Shown one piece after another: positions 1-8,140 of a DNA stretch of 60,687 nt. The stretch covers positions 1 through 60,687 of the forward strand of contig JBFFGE010000004.1 of the NCBI GenBank assembly GCA_041557595.1. Direction: 5' to 3'. The translations under genes and the position numbers were made by a program. The notes under the pieces are model-generated. The model did not search any database and was not told the DNA's origin. It was given only the letters and a program-made list of their open reading frames with translations. The stretch comes from Alphaproteobacteria bacterium. Lineage in GTDB: Bacteria > Pseudomonadota > Alphaproteobacteria > UBA8366. Each line of letters begins with the position of its first letter. The first letter of the stretch is position 1.

Positions 1-623
1 CGGGCGCGCCCTCGACTCGCGCGAACCTTCTCGACGACGCGCGCTCATATCTCGAACTGGCGATGCGCCTTCTGGCGCCGGTATCGCCGGCATTGATCGC
101 GATCGGCGGGTTGTCGGGCAGCGGGAAAAGCCGGCTCGCAAGATCCATTGCACCGAATTTCAGTGCGGCCGCGGGGGCGCTGGTGGTTCGCAGCGACGTC
201 ATCCGGAAACAAGCCTTCAACGTGGATTTGTTCGACCGGTTGCCGGCGGCGGCCTACACGAAGGCGTGCAGCGGCGCGGTGTACGCGCGTCTGATGGAAG
301 TTTGCGCGGCGGCGCTGGCGGGCGATCAATGGGTCGTCGCCGACGCCGTGTTCGGCGACCCGGCGGAGCGCGCCGCGATACGGGCGGTGGCGACCGATCT
401 TGGCCGGCCGTTCATCGGCATTTGGCTCGACGTTCCCGAGCCGGTGCAAAGGCTGCGGCTGGAAAATCGCCGGCATGACGTTTCGGACGCGTCGCCGGAG
501 ATCGGCCGTATGCAACGTTCCGGGATCGCGGCGCCCGCGGACTGGAATGTGGTCGATGCCGGCGGGACACCGGACGAAACGATCGCCGCCGTATCGGCGG
601 TGCTGGAAAACACCGGATCCTGA
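1..623 (+). CDS. Bifunctional aminoglycoside-phosphotransferase-like/AAA_33 P-loop kinase (Rv2004c-like), C-terminal part; 5' end outside window
   Basis: Frame is open from position 3 (GAPSTRANLLDDARSYLELAMRLL...). Walker A GGLSGSGKS, RSDVIRK, VADAVF and HDVSDA motifs are typical of this family's C-terminal domain. Confidence 0.8.
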   Translation, partial: GAPSTRANLLDDARSYLELAMRLLAPVSPALIAIGGLSGSGKSRLARSIAPNFSAAAGALVVRSDVIRKQAFNVDLFDRLPAAAYTKACSGAVYARLMEVCAAALAGDQWVVADAVFGDPAERAAIRAVATDLGRPFIGIWLDVPEPVQRLRLENRRHDVSDASPEIGRMQRSGIAAPADWNVVDAGGTPDETIAAVSAVLENTGS

Positions 624-710
624 AAGCGCCCGGACAGGAAAATCGGCCACGTAAAATAGCCGGCCCGCGACGGCGGCTGCCGGTAGGACGGGCAAAATAG
701 GATCGAATTT

Positions 711-2024
711 GTGTCGGTGCTGACAACGGACGTTCTGGAGATCTTGGGCCGGTTGGGCGTTGCATTGGCGATCGGCCTGTTGATCGGCTTCGAGCGTGGC
801 TGGAAGGAACGGGATCTGCCCGAGGGCAGGCGCATCGCCGGATTCCGTACCTTCGGCATTCTCGGTATCCTGGGCGGCGGCGGCGCCGTCTTGGCCGAAT
901 CATACGGTGGCCTTGTGTTGGCTGCGGTCGTTCTCGCGGTCGCCGGGGTTTTCGCCGTTGCGCAATGGTCCGAGTTCCGTGATGCATCCGGTGCCGATTT
1001 GAGCATCACCACGAGCATTGCCGGTTTGACGACCTTGGCCCTCGGGTCGATCGCGGGAAGCGGTCACTTGGCCGCCGCTGGCTCCGCCGCGGTCATACTG
1101 GCCCTGTTACTCGGGTTCAAGCCGGAGCTGCATGCCTTTCTGAAAAAGATCAACCGGTCGGAACTGCTCGCGACCTTGAGGCTCCTGTTGATTTCCCTGG
1201 TTGCCCTGCCGATTTTGCCCGATCAAGGATACGGCCCCTGGCAAGCGCTCAACCCGTATAAGCTCTGGTTGCTTGTCGTCCTGGTCGCCGGCATTTCCTA
1301 TGTTGGGTATTTCGCCGGAAAAATCGTTGGCGATCGGCGGGGCATAATGCTCACTGGATTGCTCGGGGGCCTGGTGTCATCGACGGCGACGACGCTGGCC
1401 CTGGCCCGGCAGTCGCGGAGTCGTCCGGCCGAGAGTATTCTTCTGGCCGCCGGCATCCTGTTCAGCCTCGCCATGATGCTTCCGCGCACCTTGCTTATCG
1501 CGGCGGTGATCCTGCCCGACGCCGTCAAAACGCTGGTTGTGCCCTTGTTGTTGTCTGCCAGCGCGGCCTTAGCGTTCGCATTCCTGTTCAACCGGAATCA
1601 CGGCGCCGGCGCCGGGCTTGCCGAACACACGGACCGGCAACGCAATCCGCTGGAACTTGGCGCGGCGTTTCAGCTCGCGGGGATAATGGGTGTGTTTATT
1701 CTCGCCGCACAAGCGATCAGGGTGTGGTATGGCCAGGCCGGGCTGTACGGTATCGCGGTTCTGCTCGGTTTGGTGGATATCGACGCCGTCACGGTTTCCA
1801 TCGGCGCGATGGCGGCCCGAGGCGATATCGAAGGGGCCGTCGCCGTGAATGCGTTGGCGATTGCGCTCGCGACGAATACGCTTGTTAAACCCGCCCTTGC
1901 GGTTGTCGCCGGGAGCCGGCGGACGGCGCTGTGCGTGACCGGTGCGGTGGCCGGCGTGCTGGCGGTTCTGGCGGCAACGTTTTTTGGTCAGCACATCGTG
2001 GCTATCCCGGGGTTCGGCGTCTGA
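711..2024 (+). CDS. MgtC/SapB family membrane protein with DUF4010 domain
   Basis: N-terminal LAIGLLIGFERG...AGFRTF MgtC motif; many TM segments; LNPYKLWLLVV and GGLVSSTATT motifs of DUF4010. Confidence 0.88.
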   Translation: MSVLTTDVLEILGRLGVALAIGLLIGFERGWKERDLPEGRRIAGFRTFGILGILGGGGAVLAESYGGLVLAAVVLAVAGVFAVAQWSEFRDASGADLSITTSIAGLTTLALGSIAGSGHLAAAGSAAVILALLLGFKPELHAFLKKINRSELLATLRLLLISLVALPILPDQGYGPWQALNPYKLWLLVVLVAGISYVGYFAGKIVGDRRGIMLTGLLGGLVSSTATTLALARQSRSRPAESILLAAGILFSLAMMLPRTLLIAAVILPDAVKTLVVPLLLSASAALAFAFLFNRNHGAGAGLAEHTDRQRNPLELGAAFQLAGIMGVFILAAQAIRVWYGQAGLYGIAVLLGLVDIDAVTVSIGAMAARGDIEGAVAVNALAIALATNTLVKPALAVVAGSRRTALCVTGAVAGVLAVLAATFFGQHIVAIPGFGV

Positions 2025-2054
2025 AGGGGACTCGGCATGTAAGTCTCCGCCGGA

Positions 2055-2942
2055 TTAGTCGACCATCAGCACCGGCACGGTCATGCGATTCAAGATCTCG
2101 TTCGTTGCGCCGCCGAAAATCACGCGGGCGATCCGCGTGCGGGTGTAGGCCCCCATGACCAGCAGATCGGCGCCGCAGGTCTCGATCTGCTCCAGAATTT
2201 GCGCACCGGGCGACGGCGCGGTGCTTTCCACCGTAACGCTGCGCGAGCGCACGCCATGCCATTCAAGATAATCGCCGAGATTGTCCGCGCTGGGTGCCGG
2301 TGCACCATCCTCCTTGACCGCGATGACGACCACTTCTTCTGCACGGGTGAGAAAATCCATCGCGAAGGCCACGGCGCGTGCCGCTTCCGCGCTGCCGTTC
2401 CAGGCGATCGCAACCGTGCGGGGAAAAGTCTTGATGGCCGTCTCGCGTGATATCAGCACGGGGCGGCCGGTTTCCCGCAAACTGATCTCCAGGATCGGCG
2501 GCACGCCGCTTTCGTCTTCCAGGGGCGGGCAGGCCGTGACGATCAGATCGGCAAGCCGACCGCGTGCGGTGAGCCAATTGCGCAGCGTGCCCGTTTGTTC
2601 GAGAAAGCTGACCGAGAAGCCTTTCCGAGCGCTTGGAGTCGAAATGCGCGGCGCCTTGAATTGATCGGCGACTGTCTCGAATAACTCACGACTGCGCGTG
2701 CGGCGCGCGTCGTTTTCCCATTCGATCATGTTAAGGAGCTGATCGACCGCCAGCTCGGGCATCCAGGGAGCCAGGCGACTTTGCGTGTCGCCCGGATCCG
2801 CCTCGATACAAAAGACTTCGAGATGCGCGTCCAAGCCTTGAGCGATGACAAAGCCGGTTTCGAGGGCAGGTTGCTCGAGCACCTGGGGATTTGCCGGGTC
2901 GTATGAGCCGCTCATTGGCACCAATATTTTTCGTGTCGTCAC
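2055..2942 (-). CDS. Universal stress protein (tandem USP domains)
   Basis: KILVP start, AWNGSAEAARAV, C-terminal DLLVMGAY...IFGGAT...VPVLM USP signature. Confidence 0.9.
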   Translation of the reverse strand: MTTRKILVPMSGSYDPANPQVLEQPALETGFVIAQGLDAHLEVFCIEADPGDTQSRLAPWMPELAVDQLLNMIEWENDARRTRSRELFETVADQFKAPRISTPSARKGFSVSFLEQTGTLRNWLTARGRLADLIVTACPPLEDESGVPPILEISLRETGRPVLISRETAIKTFPRTVAIAWNGSAEAARAVAFAMDFLTRAEEVVVIAVKEDGAPAPSADNLGDYLEWHGVRSRSVTVESTAPSPGAQILEQIETCGADLLVMGAYTRTRIARVIFGGATNEILNRMTVPVLMVD

Positions 2943-3048
2943 CGGCCTGTCTCCCTCGATGAAGTCCCCATGACGACCGCTTCAATGAGCCGTCAAGACT
3001 GTGCACTCGGTCCCGATCATACTATCCGATAATAGTGATGATCACCCT

Positions 3049-3062
3049 TTGATCCCGCTCAA
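3049..3062. promoter_or_regulatory. FNR/FixK-like box (TTGAT-CCCG-CTCAA), placed to serve the leftward USP gene
   Basis: 9/10 match to TTGAT-N4-ATCAA in a divergent intergenic gap. Confidence 0.65.
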
Positions 3063-3085
3063 TGCCTGCTGAACACGCCGTCGCG

Positions 3086-3099
3086 TTGAGCCAAATCAA
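3086..3099. promoter_or_regulatory. FNR/FixK-like box (TTGAG-CCAA-ATCAA) upstream of the small hypothetical + cytochrome c operon
   Basis: 9/10 consensus match, about 75 bp upstream of ATG 3174. Confidence 0.65.
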
Positions 3100-3173
3100 G
3101 GTTGCGCCCTGCAAAATGGGGGTTAATTGAATTTCCACGAACCGCTGACGGACCCGCTCGAACAGAGGACGGC

Positions 3174-3422
3174 ATGATTGCACCGGAAGAAAATCACACC
3201 CTTGGCGATGCAATCCGAAAGGAACTGCGGGACAAGGTCGAAGACGCCAAAATCACCGCGATTGTCGACACCGGTGCGACGTTGGCCGAAATCGAGCAGG
3301 CGTTCGTATGGGCGAGTGGCGACAGCGATATCGGCGATGATGCGGCGCATCCGTTGGAGGGAGCCGTGGCGCGCGTGTACGACATCCTCACGACCGATCG
3401 GAACAGTGGAGACGAACGTTAG
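3174..3422 (+). CDS. Small acidic hypothetical protein (82 aa)
   Basis: AGAGG RBS before ATG 3174; its stop directly abuts the next ATG at 3423; protein-like helical sequence (AKITAIVDTGATLAEIEQAFVWASG). Confidence 0.7.
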   Translation: MIAPEENHTLGDAIRKELRDKVEDAKITAIVDTGATLAEIEQAFVWASGDSDIGDDAAHPLEGAVARVYDILTTDRNSGDER

Positions 3423-3788
3423 ATGACAGGACCGAATGGTAGGCGGCGTTTCTTCGATTGGTTTGCGGCGGCGGTGCGGTTGCGCTCCGCGCTGGCCGGC
3501 GGGGCATCGATTATCGTCATGCTTTGGGTAAGCCCGCTCCAGGCCGACGCGGCAATCGGCGAATCCCTGGCGCGGCAATGGTGCAGTTCCTGTCATGAGG
3601 TCGGACATCGCCCGGTTGCGAACGACGGCGCGCCGGCGTTCAAAGCGGTTGCCCGCCAGCCCGGTATGACACGGGAACGGTTGAGACACTGGCTCGTCGA
3701 CCCGCACCCGCCGATGCCGAATCTCGACCTCGCGCGGCAGGATATCGAGGACCTGATCGATTACATCGAAACGCTGAAACGAAAATAG
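3423..3788 (+). CDS. Periplasmic monoheme class I cytochrome c
   Basis: N-terminal hydrophobic signal, CSSCH heme motif, HPPMP with candidate axial Met. Confidence 0.88.
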   Translation: MTGPNGRRRFFDWFAAAVRLRSALAGGASIIVMLWVSPLQADAAIGESLARQWCSSCHEVGHRPVANDGAPAFKAVARQPGMTRERLRHWLVDPHPPMPNLDLARQDIEDLIDYIETLKRK

Positions 3789-3828
3789 CGTTCGACGCCG
3801 TTAAGGGCCGGATTTGCGTCCCCGGGAA

Positions 3829-4815
3829 TTATCCGCCTGCATCCAAATTGAATTCCGCCACGACCGGCGCGTGATAGCTGTCGGCGTCCCGGCGTCCCGC
3901 GAAGAAGGCGACCAACTCGTCGGTCAGCACTTCGTTGTGAATTTCGGCGTGCCGGAAAGCGGCCAACAAGCTTCGCGAAACCAGAATGTGGTCGAGCATC
4001 AGGCGCTGGCCGTAATGCAGCACGCTGAACCGACGGTCCGCGGGCAAATTCAGTTCGACAGGCGCCAGCATGCGCCCGGCGAGGAGCGGATTCCCGGTTT
4101 CCTCGACCTCTCCCCGGAGTATCTTGAGCGGCGCATCGCGCCCGTCGGCGTTGAGGTCGCCGAGCACGGCGATCAAAGCGTGCGGATTCGCGTCGAAGAC
4201 GGAATCCACCACCAGGCGCGCCTCGAACGCCTGGCCGGTGCGCTTGATTTCGGAAATGAAGGTCCCCTCGGCCCAGCCGGCGACGGTTTTCCAGACGAAG
4301 GGTTCGAGCTTTTGTCCGTCAATGAAGGTGGGCAGCGGCGCACGAAGGTGGAGATTGATGATCTGCAGCAACCGTCCGTCCGCCAATTCGATCGTGGCGA
4401 ACAGGATCGGCCGCTCCCACCAGACCGGCTCCGACGTTCCGTGCGGCGGCACGGCGCTGACCGGCCGGTAGCTCGGCGGCGGCACCAGTTGGTTGAGATA
4501 CTGGCGCGTGATGCGGATTGGCCGGCGGCTCAGAATAACCAGATTATGAACGTCGCGCGGATTGTCGCCCGCGTCGTTTGTCGTGACCGCGCGCGAATAG
4601 TCGGCATACGGCGTTTCGCTGAGCAGCTGGTCGAGCGCGCGCAGGGATCGCCGATGGCCGCCATCCGGCTGGGCGTTGATTTCCTGCAAACAGAGAATAT
4701 CCGCATCCAGACGCTGCAGTTGCGGCCGCAGGACCTCAATCCGGGTGTCGAACGACGCCTGGTCCCGGTCGTCGAGGTTTTCGAGATTGAAGGTGGCGAT
4801 TCGCAAAGTTGTCAT
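3829..4815 (-). CDS. Endonuclease/exonuclease/phosphatase (EEP) family protein
   Basis: RIATFNLENL, DILCLQE, NLHL, GDLN, LDHIL and C-terminal SYHAP (SDH-like) motifs. Start placed at MTTLRIATFN. Confidence 0.88.
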   Translation of the reverse strand: MTTLRIATFNLENLDDRDQASFDTRIEVLRPQLQRLDADILCLQEINAQPDGGHRRSLRALDQLLSETPYADYSRAVTTNDAGDNPRDVHNLVILSRRPIRITRQYLNQLVPPPSYRPVSAVPPHGTSEPVWWERPILFATIELADGRLLQIINLHLRAPLPTFIDGQKLEPFVWKTVAGWAEGTFISEIKRTGQAFEARLVVDSVFDANPHALIAVLGDLNADGRDAPLKILRGEVEETGNPLLAGRMLAPVELNLPADRRFSVLHYGQRLMLDHILVSRSLLAAFRHAEIHNEVLTDELVAFFAGRRDADSYHAPVVAEFNLDAGG

Positions 4816-4949
4816 GTGTCCGTCACGGAAAAACCGCATCCCCCTGCTTAGAATCATGGGTGGCTGACGGTTCAGTTGCCCCGATCCGGAGGCGTCCCGC
4901 ATTGCGCTCGATCAAGGGGCGTATGGCGACGGCGCGTCCACTGTCGTCT

Positions 4950-4963
4950 TTGACACGGATCAA
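4950..4963. promoter_or_regulatory. FNR/FixK box (TTGAC-ACGG-ATCAA); a weaker second site lies at 4902-4915
   Basis: 9/10 match; TACCGT -10-like hexamer at 4986-4991 fits class II (-41.5) geometry for the 5021 gene. Confidence 0.7.
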
Positions 4964-5020
4964 TGCGCCGGACGCGCCCGGCGTCTACCGTGTTTCGATC
5001 GGTATTTGGGAGATTTATCC

Positions 5021-5584
5021 ATGAATTTTAATACTTTAGCGGCGAAGAGGCTAAGGTCGATGCGGCGTATCATGCTATGCATGGGGTTGGCGTTATTTCT
5101 GCTTCCGGCGGCAATTTCGGTTCTCGGCGATCGGATGGCAGTCGCCGCCGATTCTCGGCAAAACATCACGATACCTGCGGGCGAGCGAACGCGGATGTTG
5201 CAGCTGACCTTTCCGATTATCGATGCAAAGCGCGGGCGACAGCTTTTTGTGACCCGGGGCTGCGTGCTGTGTCATGCGATCAACAACACCGGCGGCCGTG
5301 GCGGGCCTCCGCTCGATCGGATCGGCGAGGGCAAAGGCGCCGATATTCTCGACTTTACCGCGCGGATGTGGCGCGGTGCCTACGCGATGATCGAACTGCA
5401 GAATATGGAGTTGGGGTATCAACTCGATTTCAGCGGCGAGGAGCTCGGACACATCATCGCCTTTCTATACGATAAGCAGGAGCGTTCGCGATTTTCCGGC
5501 AATGACGTGCCCGACTTGATCAAGGACATGTTCATCGATCGACCTTACAGTCCCAACGACGAAGAGAAGAGCCGGGACCGCTGA
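5021..5584 (+). CDS. Exported c-type cytochrome (single CxxCH)
   Basis: Signal-like hydrophobic stretch, GRQLFVTRGCVLCH, GPPLD, downstream MWRGAYAM region; GGGAGA RBS before ATG 5021. Confidence 0.85.
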   Translation: MNFNTLAAKRLRSMRRIMLCMGLALFLLPAAISVLGDRMAVAADSRQNITIPAGERTRMLQLTFPIIDAKRGRQLFVTRGCVLCHAINNTGGRGGPPLDRIGEGKGADILDFTARMWRGAYAMIELQNMELGYQLDFSGEELGHIIAFLYDKQERSRFSGNDVPDLIKDMFIDRPYSPNDEEKSRDR

Positions 5585-5630
5585 GAATTCAAAGCCTTTC
5601 CGGAACGTCGCGGCGTCACCGGGCGCGTCG

Positions 5631-6113
5631 CTATTGCAAGACGCGCCAGGTGCCGTCCGGCTGCCGGCAGGCGGTGCCGTACCCTTGTTGGGTCTTGCCG
5701 GCGACGGTTACTTTCTGCTGGAACTCGCGACAGTACTGACCGCTCGAGGAGGTTCCGTCGCGAACCGGCGTAACCGATCCGCTGTTGCCGGTTCTCGGGT
5801 TGTCCCAGACGATCGTTTCGCCGAGCGGCGCCGTGTGCGCCCTGTTGACGGCGGCGTCCGCTTTCATGCGATCGACGCTGTCCATGGATCGTCCGATCTC
5901 GCTGCCGACCAGCGCGCCGATCAGCACGCCGACCGCGGTTGCCGCCAATTTACCGCTGCCCGAGCCGAACTGTGCGCCGAGCAGCCCGCCCGCCGCCGCG
6001 CCGCCGAGGCCGCCGACGGTCTGTTTCGGACCATACGCATTGGGGCCCGTACAGGCGGCCAGCGCCAGGAATGACGCGACCGGTAGAGCGAGAAATTTGT
6101 GGTGAACCTTCAT
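5631..6113 (-). CDS. 17-kDa surface antigen-like lipoprotein (RT0821/Lpp0805 family, glycine zipper)
   Basis: Lipobox LAAC, glycine zipper GGLGGAAAGGLLG, C-terminal YCREFQQ...GTACRQPDGTW; AAGGA RBS. Confidence 0.9.
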   Translation of the reverse strand: MKVHHKFLALPVASFLALAACTGPNAYGPKQTVGGLGGAAAGGLLGAQFGSGSGKLAATAVGVLIGALVGSEIGRSMDSVDRMKADAAVNRAHTAPLGETIVWDNPRTGNSGSVTPVRDGTSSSGQYCREFQQKVTVAGKTQQGYGTACRQPDGTWRVLQ

Positions 6114-6214
6114 GTCGGATTCCTTCGCGGTGGTTGTGGCGATACTCCAAAATGTGCGGCGCCCGAGGCGACGCGGAGCGTCCCGTCTTATCGGACGTCG
6201 GCGGCGCGAAATCA

Positions 6215-6228
6215 TTGATGTCCGTCAA
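6215..6228. promoter_or_regulatory. FNR/FixK box (TTGAT-GTCC-GTCAA) upstream of the lipoprotein gene
   Basis: 9/10 consensus match, about 100 bp upstream of the leftward start at 6113. Confidence 0.7.
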
Positions 6229-6285
6229 TCGGGGCGCCACGAACACCGATTGCCGTGGCGTCGCCAGAAGCGCTCTTGGCATGTG

Positions 6286-6299
6286 TTGATGCATATCAA
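6286..6299. promoter_or_regulatory. Perfect FNR/FixK box (TTGAT-GCAT-ATCAA)
   Basis: 10/10 consensus; no credible protein gene on the + strand downstream. Confidence 0.8.
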
Positions 6300-6333
6300 C
6301 GAACCGAATGCCGTTTTGGCACGATGATAACCG

Positions 6334-6584
6334 CAGTTACGGAAGCGTCGTTCGCGACGTAAGGGGAAACTAAGGCCATGGAGTACCCTTCCGCCGCACA
6401 AAATTCTGCCTGGCGGAACATGTGTGTCAGGAAACCTGGGGTCGTATATGCACCCATGGAAGCGGTCCGTGACGGGGAACGGCGGCACATACTTTCTGTC
6501 CTCCCCCGAGAATGCCGCCGATTCCGTTCGCTCCGGCGAACACGATCCCGTCCTAAGACGAATAGGGCGGGATCGATTTTTTTT
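6334..6584 (+). ncRNA. Candidate small regulatory RNA; 5' end inferred from FNR-box geometry
   Basis: Bounded by a perfect FNR box and a strong + strand terminator; several hairpins; CCUCCCCC exposed in a loop; no ORF that fits inside the unit. Confidence 0.5.
6543..6584 (+). terminator. Intrinsic terminator
   Basis: 13-bp stem CGATCCCGTCCTA / TAGGGCGGGATCG (one G-U pair), 7-nt loop, followed by A and T8. Confidence 0.8.
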
Positions 6585-6613
6585 CGCCATGGCGCGACGT
6601 GCGGCAACGGCAC

Positions 6614-6686
6614 GCTGCTCTATCTTTGTAAAATCGATCGCCTTTTCTGCCTTTGATTGATTCCAATCACATGCAGGTTGATCTAG
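6614..6686. repeat. Intergenic repeat family A, copy 1
   Basis: GCTGCTCTATCTTTGTAAAATCGATCGCCTTTTCTGCC...GCAGGTTGATCTAG; matches the reverse complement of 8036-8107 and directly matches 47433-47509. It ends on the TAG stop of the USP gene. Confidence 0.85.
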
Positions 6687-7510
6687 TGCGACATCAATAC
6701 GGGAACCGTCATATGTTCGAGAATATGACGGGTCACGCCGCCAAAGACCGACTCTCGCATCCTCGAATGACCATACCCACCCATCACGATGAGATCGGCA
6801 CCGCTTTCGCTGACGCGATTCAGCAAGGCTTCGCCGATGGGCGTATCGCCGGTCTCGGTCGTGTAGACCTCCACATTCAACCGGTGATGCGCAAGATGCG
6901 CCGCGATATCGGTTCCCTGTACGTCGGCGCCGGCGGCGCCGTTCGCCACGAACACGTCGACCGCATCGGCGAGTTCGAGGATCGGCATCGCATCCGCCAC
7001 GGCGCGCGCCGCTTCACGGCTGGCATCCCATGCGACGAGTACGCGCTTACCGATCCGTTTCGGCGCCGCGCTATAGGGGACGATGATCACTGGCCGCCCG
7101 GCACCCAGCATCAGCTCTTCCGCAAGATCGTTGAGGCGCCGCTCCTCCGCATGTGGCTGGCGTTGCGACACCACGACAACGTCCGCATACCGCCCGTGCG
7201 CTTCCACGACTTGCACCGGGTGGCCCCGATCCACGCGCCACTCGCATCGTTCGATGCGGCCGATTTTCTTGGCTTTCGATTCGAATAATGCGCGCGCCTC
7301 GGCGAGGCGTTCCTTTTCCCGGGATTCCATGATTTCGAAGACCGATTGCGGGAGGCGAATCGCCGCATATCCCGGCAGTTCGGCCGGAAGCGCGATTCCG
7401 AGCCCGACGAGATGGGCATCGCTTTGTTCAGCCAGCGCGAGCGCCGCGTCGACCGCCGGGACGGAATCTTTTTTGTCGCTGACATGAACCAACAAATCCT
7501 TGATCGCCAT
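6683..7510 (-). CDS. Universal stress protein (tandem USP domains)
   Basis: MAIKDLLVHV start with GGGAGG RBS; AWDASREAARAV; DLIVMGGYGHSRMRESVFGGVT...VPVLMSH. Confidence 0.92.
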   Translation of the reverse strand: MAIKDLLVHVSDKKDSVPAVDAALALAEQSDAHLVGLGIALPAELPGYAAIRLPQSVFEIMESREKERLAEARALFESKAKKIGRIERCEWRVDRGHPVQVVEAHGRYADVVVVSQRQPHAEERRLNDLAEELMLGAGRPVIIVPYSAAPKRIGKRVLVAWDASREAARAVADAMPILELADAVDVFVANGAAGADVQGTDIAAHLAHHRLNVEVYTTETGDTPIGEALLNRVSESGADLIVMGGYGHSRMRESVFGGVTRHILEHMTVPVLMSH

Positions 7511-7577
7511 CGCATTTCCTCCCGTTCGGTCGATTTGTTTCTGATGCGTATTTTGACGCGCTGCGAGGTGGTGCACA

Positions 7578-7591
7578 TTGACTTCCCTCAA
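7578..7591. promoter_or_regulatory. FNR/FixK-like box (TTGAC-TTCC-CTCAA) upstream of the USP gene
   Basis: TTGA-N6-TCAA core, about 70 bp upstream of start 7510; a degenerate second site at 7596-7609. Confidence 0.6.
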
Positions 7592-7730
7592 GGGATTGCC
7601 GCGGCTCAAACCGGCCTCGCCGCGTCGACCGAATCATGCGGCCCATCGGCAAACCTTGAATACGGCGCGCCAGACACCACATCTAGGATCCGGAACAAAT
7701 ACAGAACCGGCTATATGGTGGATAAAGGCT

Positions 7731-8030
7731 ATGGCACAGAGAATCGACAATGGCACCCAACCGACCGCCCACACGGCGGTGCAGGCGATGATCGTTCGGG
7801 CACAGCAGGTGGCCGACCAGACGGGCAAACGTGTCGGCCTGACCTTTGACCTCATGAGAGACCAAATCGAATTGGTCGACCTCAGCGCCGAAATCTCGCG
7901 AGAGGCGGTGCTATTCCGGACCGTGTCTCCCGCCGTGGGCGAATCGGACCCCGACGCCAAAGGGGCGGAGCAATCCGGCCGGCGGGAGGGCGATCTCGAT
8001 CCCGCCGCGGGATGCAATCCGGCTGATTAA
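7731..8030 (+). CDS. Hypothetical protein (99 aa)
   Basis: AAAGG before ATG 7731; plausible alpha/beta pattern (AMIVRAQQVADQTGKRVGLTFDL); fills the gap between the USP gene and a repeat. Confidence 0.55.
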   Translation: MAQRIDNGTQPTAHTAVQAMIVRAQQVADQTGKRVGLTFDLMRDQIELVDLSAEISREAVLFRTVSPAVGESDPDAKGAEQSGRREGDLDPAAGCNPAD

Positions 8031-8035
8031 CGGCC

Positions 8036-8140
8036 CAGATCAACCTGCCTTAAATTGGAATCAATTAAAGGCAGAAAAGTTGATCGATTCTACAAAGATA
8101 GAGCAGCTTATGTGCGCCCAAATGGGCGCACGCTGCTTTA
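8036..8140. repeat. Intergenic repeat family A, copy 2 (inverted relative to copy 1), with extra hairpin AGCAGC..GTGCGCCCA/TGGGCGCAC..GCTGCT
   Basis: Reverse complement aligns with 6614-6685 and 47433-47508. Confidence 0.85.

Noticed and set aside
6378-6660. + strand ORFs 6378-6656 and 6424-6660, and - strand ORFs 6225-6590 and 6296-6613
   Set aside because: They cross a strong terminator, a repeat or FNR boxes, have no recognisable motifs and show shadow-ORF composition; an ncRNA explains the region better.
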